Below are positions 1 through 6,407 of a DNA stretch of 25,643 bases, piece after piece. The translations under genes were made by a program, and so were the position numbers. The DNA comes from a virus. The DNA lies in the IMG/VR virus record IMGVR_UViG_3300045988_021320. One strand, given 5' to 3'. Below the pieces are notes generated by a model. That model was not told where the DNA came from and ran no database searches. It worked only from the letters and a program-made list of their open reading frames with translations. Position 1 is the first letter of the stretch; each line of letters begins with the position of its first letter.

Positions 1-55
1 ACCGATGAGTTTTCTAGAGATAAATAATGCGTGACACAGTTTATTTTACACTACC
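1..55. repeat. Left inverted terminal repeat (55 bp)
   Basis: Bases 1-55 equal the reverse complement of 25589-25643 at every position (checked base by base). Identity stops at position 56 vs 25588. Confidence 0.95.
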
Positions 56-73
56 ATTCTTACTAAGGAATTT

Positions 74-742
74 GTGAATAAACAAATTACAATGTTGTCT
101 ACAATTTCAATAGATACTTTCAATGCTAATCCTATTCTTTGCGCTGCTCTTAATCTTAAAACTCCTGAAGAGTTTGTACGCTATAATGCCTATCAAGCTA
201 TTGGTAGAAGTATAGTTACTTCTATGGGTTTTTTAGTGCAGAATCTTCTTCTTTATTCTAATGAATATATCTTTGATGGTAAGACTTATGAAGAAGGTGA
301 TAAGACTAAGTTTGATTTAGTTATAGACCGATTAGGGGAGGTTAAATCATTCTTAGAAATTAAGAGTGGATTTAATGATATGGATGCAGGGCAAGTTAAA
401 CACTATGCCGATGAAATAAAGTTAGTAGAAGAAGCTGGAAATAAAGGATACATAGGTATCACCTATGGAAAGAAGGATGATAATACTGTAACTGCTGGCT
501 TACTTAAAACTTACGTTCCTAATTGGGAAGATAAGACTTTAGTAGGTAAAGAGCTTTGGGATTTTATCTCTGAGAATGAGAACTACCATACCATTCTGAT
601 AGAAAGTATAGATAGTGTAGCTAACACTACTCTTCAGAATGTTAGTATAGTGCAAAAGATTGAGGATAAAATAGCAGAGCTAATAGAGGTATTTCATACT
701 AACTATAATAGTCTTAGTGAGTATTATGAATCACTTTGGTAA
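74..742 (+). CDS. PD-(D/E)XK nuclease, type II restriction-endonuclease-like (possibly TdeIII/Eco47II-like); no adjacent methyltransferase
   Basis: 222 aa ORF with D81-x13-E95-I-K97 (KFDLVID...FLEIKSGFN). The upstream GRSIVTSMG segment resembles the S-x2-T-x2-G element I recall from TdeIII-type REases (from memory, not searched). Start is uncertain: GTG at 74 or ATG at 92. Confidence 0.55.
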   Translation: MNKQITMLSTISIDTFNANPILCAALNLKTPEEFVRYNAYQAIGRSIVTSMGFLVQNLLLYSNEYIFDGKTYEEGDKTKFDLVIDRLGEVKSFLEIKSGFNDMDAGQVKHYADEIKLVEEAGNKGYIGITYGKKDDNTVTAGLLKTYVPNWEDKTLVGKELWDFISENENYHTILIESIDSVANTTLQNVSIVQKIEDKIAELIEVFHTNYNSLSEYYESLW

Positions 743-782
743 AACATAATACAGTCTATATTAAGAGGAAATAGACAACAAA

Positions 783-812
783 CCCCAGCCTACCGATTAA
801 AGTAAGCTGGGG
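783..812 (-). terminator. Hairpin between convergent genes; likely terminator of the leftward operon, possibly bidirectional
   Basis: ccccagcCtac / gtaAgctgggg forms an 11 bp stem with one mismatch and an 8 nt loop. On the minus strand it is followed by tttgttgtc. It lies between the stops at 742 (+) and 830 (-). Confidence 0.6.
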
Positions 813-829
813 ATATAAAAGAATGTAAT

Positions 830-1216
830 CTAAACCGTATCAGGTCTTATTATTTGTTTATCAAGAATAGCTTGGAACACCTCTATTCTAGCTTGTTCAT
901 TAGTGTTAGATAGACCACCAATAGAATTTAACGTAGGTATATATAAATCCTCGTGATAGTACAGCCATTTGGGGTTATTCCCTTGATTGGGAGAGCCTAA
1001 CTCATTATCTGTACCATAATTATAGTTCCACCTAACCCCTAATACATTTCTATCTTCATTTACCAAATACAAATAAGCTATAGAGAAATCATCATTATTA
1101 AATAGAACTTTAACAACTTTACAATTTTTAGTATTAGCATCTTCTGGTTTCATATTATTACATTTTAAATTTACGGTATAAAGATAATAATTCCATTTTA
1201 ATTCTTGCTTATCCAC
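830..1216 (-). CDS. Hypothetical protein, translationally coupled to the upstream nuclease-like gene
   Basis: 128 aa ORF overlapping the preceding gene by 19 nt. Contains GVRWNYNYG...GSPNQGNNPKW. No family recognised. Confidence 0.6.
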   Translation of the reverse strand: MDKQELKWNYYLYTVNLKCNNMKPEDANTKNCKVVKVLFNNDDFSIAYLYLVNEDRNVLGVRWNYNYGTDNELGSPNQGNNPKWLYYHEDLYIPTLNSIGGLSNTNEQARIEVFQAILDKQIIRPDTV

Positions 1217-1671
1217 CTACCATTTACTAAGGTAAATCTTTGAGCCTTATAAGAAGGAATCATAATAACCTTCTTATAGTAGTTACCGTTATCGGCTGCT
1301 GTAGTAGTCGGACAGTATTTATAATCTATAGTACCAAAGTTCCTAACAGTATTAGTACTATACCAATAGGCATTAACTTTAGTTCCATCTGTAAAGAAGT
1401 TAATGTAGTATGCTATATCTGACTGGCTATCTTTCTTATCCTTCACTAAGGACTTATATTTAGATACTTCCATTAAGTGAGTATCATAGCCTTCATACTT
1501 AATCTTTCTTACCTTTATTTCGGCTACTACCTTCTTATCCTTATAAGTAAAATAGTAGTCCACTGGTGCATATTTATCTTCTGTAGGATGCAGATTAGTA
1601 GCACCCACTTGTATTAAAAATGATTCTAGTAGTTTCCTTCCATTTAGTTCTAATTCATCAAATTTATCCAT
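1198..1671 (-). CDS. PD-(D/E)XK nuclease-like protein
   Basis: 157 aa ORF with the motif APVD38-x12-E51-I-K53 (PVDYYFTYKDKKVVAEIKVRK), preceded by an acidic helix (ELELNGRKLLESF). Confidence 0.55.
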   Translation of the reverse strand: MDKFDELELNGRKLLESFLIQVGATNLHPTEDKYAPVDYYFTYKDKKVVAEIKVRKIKYEGYDTHLMEVSKYKSLVKDKKDSQSDIAYYINFFTDGTKVNAYWYSTNTVRNFGTIDYKYCPTTTAADNGNYYKKVIMIPSYKAQRFTLVNGRWISKN

Positions 1672-1760
1672 TTAAGCTAGTAGTTTGTACTAGCCTGTAT
1701 TCCATTATCATAAGTCATAAATCATTCACATTAACCATATACCATTTACAGGCTAATGGG

Positions 1761-1889
1761 TTATTCTTCCTTAGCAGGTTCTTCTTTAGTTTGTAAATCC
1801 TGCTGTACCATCTGTAATAGTCCAGCTACATCTTTATAAGGCTGCTGGACTAAGTAGTTGATAATTGCGTTAATAGTTTGTTCTGACAT
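1761..1889 (-). CDS. Small hypothetical ORF (42 aa, MSEQTINAIINYLVQQPYKDVAGLLQMVQQDLQTKEEPAKEE)
   Basis: Hand-translated ATG..TAA ORF on the minus strand in a region with no track ORF. Same orientation as its neighbours. Confidence 0.35.
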   Translation of the reverse strand: MSEQTINAIINYLVQQPYKDVAGLLQMVQQDLQTKEEPAKEE

Positions 1890-1952
1890 ACGTTTCATTC
1901 ACTTAGTATATTTAATGCTTCATCTGATTCTGATATAACTGCATTTCCTTCT

Positions 1953-2102
1953 TCATCTACCCACATAGTTCTTATCTTTAATAGCCTTAATAACCCTATC
2001 TGTTTCTTCTGTGATATGTTGTTTAATCTCATTTACTACAGTCCTAATAAGGAAATACATTAGAACTGCTAAGAATGTTAGTAATACATAGGTTGTAAAC
2101 AT
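1953..2102 (-). CDS. Small membrane protein (49 aa)
   Basis: Hand-translated: MFTTYVLLTFLAVLMYFLIRTVVNEIKQHITEETDRVIKAIKDKNYVGR. It has an N-terminal hydrophobic helix followed by a charged tail. Confidence 0.4.
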   Translation of the reverse strand: MFTTYVLLTFLAVLMYFLIRTVVNEIKQHITEETDRVIKAIKDKNYVGR

Positions 2103-2333
2103 AGTATATATAGTTTAAGTAGTTAATAATCAAAGTAAAGTAAGGTTATCTTCACAGACTACCTTACTGAATGAATAACGAAGTTAGTTATAAAATAAAT
2201 AATCTATGTGATAGGATAATCTTTGTAGTAGAAGTATCTGTAGTATTATTACTTTGATTAGTCGTAAAATAGAACTAAATTACTCACTAATCAGAATGAT
2301 AAAGTCATTCCTATTTAACTCTTTATCATATTG

Positions 2334-2341
2334 CAAATATA
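2334..2341 (-). promoter_or_regulatory. Candidate Bacteroidota-type -7 box (TATATTTG on the minus strand)
   Basis: Plus-strand caaatata is the reverse complement of TAnnTTTG. It lies in the 287 bp gap downstream of the helicase stop and upstream of the small ORFs. Confidence 0.35.
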
Positions 2342-2389
2342 GTAATAATATTTTACATATCAAAACTAAATTACAATAATTTTAATATT

Positions 2390-4204
2390 TCATTTAAACA
2401 CTATCTTAGGTCTGTAAACTATGAATCCTTTTGTTACTTTGCTATCAATTCTCTTAGTAGATGCTTCACAATCAAACCAATTAGTTAAGTCGGTAGCTTT
2501 GACTTTATCTATAATACCTACAGTATTATATGCTTCACTTATCCAGCCTTTAATATCAGCACTACTATAGAATCCTGTTTTAATTCTCTTACCTAGTATT
2601 TGTGCTGCTTTAGTATCTTTGTTCTTATCGGATTCCCAGTTAATTAAAGCTGCTTCTACTGCTGATTTTGAATATCTAAGGCTTCTAACTTTATCTACAC
2701 CTAATCTATGATAAGCATTAACTATTAAAGGCTGTATCTTAGCTAAAGTATTAGTTTCTGTAGCAATCACCATCTTACTAATAAGTTCTGCATATCTAAG
2801 GAAAGCATCTTTAAATGACATCTTCTTACCAGCCTTCTTCATTGAATCGGTAATCTTTTCTACAGTAATATCAGTAGTAAGCATATCATTCTTATTATAT
2901 GCACTTCTAAGTGCTATACCATCTTTATAAATAGACTGTTCTAATCTGAATGTAAATAGGTCTAGCTTCACTAACATATCATTTACAAAGTAATTACCTT
3001 CCTTATCCTGCATTACATACTGACTATTAAGCATCTTCTTAGCCATTTCTTTAGCTTTGTCGCTGCTTTTATTGATAGCACTAATAATTTCATTAGCACC
3101 TTCTATATTATCATTAGTACGCTTTACCATATCTTCATAAGTAATATCCAGTTCTATATTTCTGTTTCCTGTAGTATTAAAGATATGTACCAGTAAGTTT
3201 CTAAATGGGTTTGATTCAGTTCTAATTCTACCTGCTATCTGGTATATATCAGTAGAAATATCCAGCAGGGTATTAGTGTTAGTACTATTACTAACTACAA
3301 AGCATAAAGCCGAATCACTAAAGTAATCTGCACCTTCAAAGGATTTACTAGTAATGAAGGTAAACGGCTTATTCTCACTTCTGCTATTAGTAATGGTATA
3401 TCCTGCTAATTTGGCTCTATTACTTTCATTATCTGCACATACTATCTTTACTTCTTCATTACTAAGGTCACAGTATTGTAAGATGGATGCTATATCTGTA
3501 ACCGAATTTATAAAGAAGAAGGCTTCATAGCTTCTATTACCATTTATTTCTATAAACCCATCTTTCTTATAAGCATTGATATAGTTAGCAGCCTTAATAT
3601 ATGGCTTATTAGTTAAGTCCAGTTTAACTATCATTGTATCAGTTTCATCCCAAACAGCTTCTATTTCTTCTACATCTGCTAAACAGCTAGGTTTAAAATC
3701 AGCTTGAATAGGAGTAGCTGACATAAAGCAGAATGATTTGTAGCTTCTAAAGGTACTTAATACACCATCTATAGCCTTACTTCTGTAGCTATAAGCCTTT
3801 AGTAAGATGTGATATTCATCTACCAGTAACCTGTAATCAGTTGGTTCTAAGTATTCAGCTAATTTACCTATCTTATCATAAGTACACATAATTTTCTTAG
3901 TTCCTTTACCTTCTGCATATTTCTTTAATTCCTTCTTTACTGAATAAGAGAATACACCGAATAAGCCGAATACAGTTTGCTCTTTACCATCATAGTTAGT
4001 AATAGTGGCTACACCAGCTTCACTAAGACCAGTCTTATTAGTAATAAGTTCGGTAGTGGGTACTGCTATTACATAGTTTTCATTATTGAAAAGAACTATA
4101 GTAGTTCCACCACAACCAGTAACAACTTTATTAAAGATGCAGTTATAAGGTAAATCTGATAGGTTTAAATAGCCATTGCTTGAATTGATTAATAATGTTT
4201 TCAT
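2390..4204 (-). CDS. SF2 (DExH-type) helicase, probable replication helicase, with an unassigned ~270 aa C-terminal region
   Basis: Ordered helicase motifs: I-like VVTGCGGTT (aa 27-35), II VDEYH (128-132), III SAT (162-164), V TSKSFEGADY (285-294), VI QIAGRIR (322-328). Confidence 0.75.
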   Translation of the reverse strand: MKTLLINSSNGYLNLSDLPYNCIFNKVVTGCGGTTIVLFNNENYVIAVPTTELITNKTGLSEAGVATITNYDGKEQTVFGLFGVFSYSVKKELKKYAEGKGTKKIMCTYDKIGKLAEYLEPTDYRLLVDEYHILLKAYSYRSKAIDGVLSTFRSYKSFCFMSATPIQADFKPSCLADVEEIEAVWDETDTMIVKLDLTNKPYIKAANYINAYKKDGFIEINGNRSYEAFFFINSVTDIASILQYCDLSNEEVKIVCADNESNRAKLAGYTITNSRSENKPFTFITSKSFEGADYFSDSALCFVVSNSTNTNTLLDISTDIYQIAGRIRTESNPFRNLLVHIFNTTGNRNIELDITYEDMVKRTNDNIEGANEIISAINKSSDKAKEMAKKMLNSQYVMQDKEGNYFVNDMLVKLDLFTFRLEQSIYKDGIALRSAYNKNDMLTTDITVEKITDSMKKAGKKMSFKDAFLRYAELISKMVIATETNTLAKIQPLIVNAYHRLGVDKVRSLRYSKSAVEAALINWESDKNKDTKAAQILGKRIKTGFYSSADIKGWISEAYNTVGIIDKVKATDLTNWFDCEASTKRIDSKVTKGFIVYRPKIVFK

Positions 4205-4327
4205 AATAATTAGTTTAGATTAGTTTGTAAAGAATCTGTAGTTTAGTTCATATAATCTGTGATAAAAATGGTTACGCTATCTGGGTAAGTAGAAATCTGA
4301 ATAGATGTATATCTGTAGCAAATAATT

Positions 4328-4335
4328 TAAGTTTG
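4328..4335 (+). promoter_or_regulatory. Candidate -7 box TAAGTTTG, antisense to the leftward genes
   Basis: Exact TAnnTTTG match. Followed ~70 nt later by the hairpin aagcgta-tcac-tacgctt (4406-4423). Confidence 0.3.
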
Positions 4336-4515
4336 GGTATGTAACTTTTTTAGTAGTCTTAAAGGTATAATTTGCAAATTTTGGTTACACTTGAAATAAA
4401 ATAATAAGCGTATCACTACGCTTACTATTCTACGCTTAACTAACCCAAACTCAAAAATTATGATGAATGATTAACAATCAGTACCTAAAATATGCTCAAA
4501 AGGTACTTATGGTAA

Positions 4516-4523
4516 TAACTTTG
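4516..4523 (+). promoter_or_regulatory. Candidate -7 box TAACTTTG, antisense to the leftward genes
   Basis: Exact TAnnTTTG match. Followed ~20 nt later by a two-part 14 bp hairpin (4543-4580). Confidence 0.3.
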
Positions 4524-4638
4524 TGATTCTTAGAAGTGAATTAAGTGGAAGAACTGGCTAATCAGCTAGCCAGTCCACTTAGATAATCGAATTAAAATCT
4601 ATGTTTCAGTATGATAGTTTCCTTCATTTATTGTAATA

Positions 4639-4646
4639 CAAAGATA
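4639..4646 (-). promoter_or_regulatory. Candidate -7 box TATCTTTG on the minus strand, upstream of the helicase gene
   Basis: Plus-strand caaagata is the reverse complement of TAnnTTTG. It would give a ~430 nt structured leader before the helicase ATG at 4204. Confidence 0.3.
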
Positions 4647-4729
4647 GTGAAAGATTTTGACTTATGCAAATTAATTGTAACAAATTTTAAAATTTATATT
4701 GAGGATGTTATAACAGCTATATTCTTGTA

Positions 4730-5221
4730 TTACAGTATGCAAAGTGATGGATGAATGAACTTAAAGTAAAGTCTCTTGTCACTTCTTTCCACTAGACCAG
4801 CTTCTAAAGCTGAATATACTGTATTATGTTGTACCCCTATTTCGTGAACTATTCTATTCAGAGATAGGTCTACAATATTGGATGCTATTCTAGACCAGCA
4901 TTTGAATCGGATTAAGAAGCCGATTACTAATCTATCTACATCTGTATCTAACAGGCTGCTATCTATGGTTACAAAGAACTTGGTAGGTTCTGTATAGCTA
5001 TACTTATTACTGCATCCAGTTCTATCTATTGTTAGGTTGGCTACTTCTTCAAACTTCTTTAGATGGTTAAAGATGGTAGTTTCACTAACACCTGTTATTC
5101 TTACTATATCTTTAATAGTACTATCTGGATTCTTACTAATGGCTACTAATGTGCAGAAGTAAGTAAATGCTTCATTATTGGTTAATGCTTGTAATACTGG
5201 TATGCTTAATTTAATGTTCAT
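4730..5221 (-). CDS. Winged-HTH DNA-binding protein (possible replication initiator or regulator)
   Basis: The track ORF runs to 5278, but that extension lies inside the HNH gene. The ATG at 5221 (MNIKLSIPVL...) is the likely start. HTH-like segments: IKDIVRITGVSETTIFNHLKKF and LNRIVHEIGVQHNTVYSALEAGLV. Confidence 0.5.
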   Translation of the reverse strand: MNIKLSIPVLQALTNNEAFTYFCTLVAISKNPDSTIKDIVRITGVSETTIFNHLKKFEEVANLTIDRTGCSNKYSYTEPTKFFVTIDSSLLDTDVDRLVIGFLIRFKCWSRIASNIVDLSLNRIVHEIGVQHNTVYSALEAGLVERSDKRLYFKFIHPSLCIL

Positions 5222-5507
5222 AGTGATGTTCTTTTGCGTGGCACTCTTTACAGATAGACATAAGGTTATTAAAGTCAAATGCTTTGGCTAGTCTTTTAGT
5301 GCCAGTATAATTCATAAAGGAATCTATATGGTGAATATCTTCTGCTGGCTTAATGATGCCTTTGGCTAAACAGAGTTCACATAATGGCTGCTGCATTAGC
5401 TTTGCCTGCCTTAATTCCTTCCATTTGGTAGATTGGTATATCTTCTGTCTTTCTTCCCTGTTAAATGTTCTGGAAGGCTGCTTATTCGGTTTCTTTAGGT
5501 ATGGCAT
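5211..5507 (-). CDS. HNH endonuclease (phage terminase-associated type)
   Basis: CELCLAKG...EDIHHI...NLMSICKECHAKEH is a classic Cys-box plus HNH arrangement. 98 aa. Confidence 0.85.
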   Translation of the reverse strand: MPYLKKPNKQPSRTFNREERQKIYQSTKWKELRQAKLMQQPLCELCLAKGIIKPAEDIHHIDSFMNYTGTKRLAKAFDFNNLMSICKECHAKEHHYEH

Positions 5508-5985
5508 ATAGTTCTGATGGTATTATGTATTCACCTTCTTCATTCTGTACTTCCAATGGTGCTAATTTACTATTCATTGTATAGCTGGACTTCTTAGCAT
5601 AGCATCTTATAGTATTGAATTGCACTCTTAGTAGTTCTAATACAGATTCTTCTGTTACATCTTCCAGCCCTACTTCCATACATCTTATTACTGCTTTCTG
5701 TAGGAAATCTTCTACAGTCTGGGATATATAGATAGTATCTTTATTGTATGTAGTGTATTGCTTTACTAATTCGGGATAATGCTTGGCTATTATATCAGCT
5801 ATCTTAGAAGCATTTCTATGAAGTGGCTTATCTATTACTGTATTGTAGCTGTACTGGTCATATTGTGGCTTCCAGTTAATTATCTTATCTGCTGTTTCTA
5901 TATCAATGTGAAATAATGCTGCTGCTTTGTCTAGTCCGTAATCATAAACATATTGTAGTAGGACTGATTTAGGTGGTCTTATCAT
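5482..5985 (-). CDS. Hypothetical protein
   Basis: 167 aa ORF in the operon, overlapping both neighbours. No motif recognised. Confidence 0.6.
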   Translation of the reverse strand: MIRPPKSVLLQYVYDYGLDKAAALFHIDIETADKIINWKPQYDQYSYNTVIDKPLHRNASKIADIIAKHYPELVKQYTTYNKDTIYISQTVEDFLQKAVIRCMEVGLEDVTEESVLELLRVQFNTIRCYAKKSSYTMNSKLAPLEVQNEEGEYIIPSELYAIPKETE

Positions 5986-6253
5986 TCTTGAATTTAATGT
6001 ACTGGTTAATGGTTTCCCTGTTATAATTGAAGAAGTCTTTTAGTATGGCTTCTATCAGTGGTGCTTTATCTGATTTGTGGTTAGTATGTTCATCTATAAT
6101 ATCAATATTTCTATTAAAGAAATCTGCTATTATCAATCTTAGTAGTTTAGACCTGTCTTTGCCTAGTAATTGCTGTAGTTCTGTTAGTAACAGGTCGGTA
6201 TTTAGGTCTATTTTAGCTTTAATTTCTATTGGGTAATTACTTCTTCTTTCCAT
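5969..6253 (-). CDS. Ribbon-helix-helix-like small regulator (first gene of the leftward operon)
   Basis: PIEIKAKIDL (strand), LLLTELQQLLG (helix) and DRSKLLRLIIADFF (helix) fit the RHH pattern. Positioned next to the divergent control region. Confidence 0.4.
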   Translation of the reverse strand: MERRSNYPIEIKAKIDLNTDLLLTELQQLLGKDRSKLLRLIIADFFNRNIDIIDEHTNHKSDKAPLIEAILKDFFNYNRETINQYIKFKNDKTT

Positions 6254-6275
6254 AGTTTAGCCTTTAATTGTATTA

Positions 6276-6283
6276 CAAATTTA
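6276..6283 (-). promoter_or_regulatory. Candidate -7 box TAAATTTG for the leftward early operon
   Basis: Plus-strand caaattta is the reverse complement of TAnnTTTG. It ends 23 nt upstream of the ATG at 6253. Confidence 0.45.
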
Positions 6284-6327
6284 CTAACATCTTAACAGAC
6301 TTCCAAAGAAGTAATTCACATTCTTTA

Positions 6328-6349
6328 ATAATCATATTATAGTGATTAT
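6328..6349. promoter_or_regulatory. Inverted repeat ataatca-N8-tgattat in the divergent control region (candidate operator)
   Basis: Perfect 7 bp arms at 6328-6334 and 6343-6349, between the leftward and rightward operons. Confidence 0.3.
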
Positions 6350-6407
6350 AAGTCAATTAGAGCCATTACATAGCTTTATAAATTATAAAAATTAAATAGA
6401 CTATAAT

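Larger units (their letters stand above)
4205..4729. other. 525 bp ORF-free, AT-rich, dyad-rich region (candidate origin and/or small-RNA locus)
   Basis: No ORF over ~11 aa. Hairpins at 4406-4423, 4480-4507 and 4543-4580. Direct repeat tacgctta at 4417 and 4431. ATCTGT(A/G) motifs at 4234, 4255 and 4311. TAnnTTTG boxes on both strands. Confidence 0.5.

Noticed and set aside
1240-1422. 60 aa plus-strand ORF antisense to the 1198-1671 nuclease gene
   Set aside because: It is fully embedded antisense in a better-supported ORF, with a low-complexity translation. The same reasoning applies to 6027-6236, 6653-6976, 8029-8238, 8907-9269, 12536-12721, 12908-13249, 13613-13822, 13898-14092, 14709-14903, 18435-18626, 18892-19212, 19139-19327, 22882-23085 and 25198-25443.
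2390-4204. Whether the 604 aa protein could be a protelomerase, given the palindromic ends and a size similar to TelN/TelK
   Set aside because: It carries a complete ordered set of SF2 helicase motifs (DEYH, SAT, motif V, QxxGRxxR). I could not find any tyrosine-recombinase-like R-K-H-R-H/Y arrangement.
4234-4318. ATCTGTAG as a strict iteron defining the origin
   Set aside because: The exact 8-mer also occurs inside the protease coding sequence (10933-10940), so on its own it is not specific. It is kept only as supporting context for the non-coding-region findings.
5222-5278. N-terminal 19 aa extension of the wHTH ORF (track start at 5278)
   Set aside because: The extension lies wholly within the 3' end of the HNH gene in another frame. 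The ATG at 5221 gives the usual short overlap seen for the other genes of this operon.
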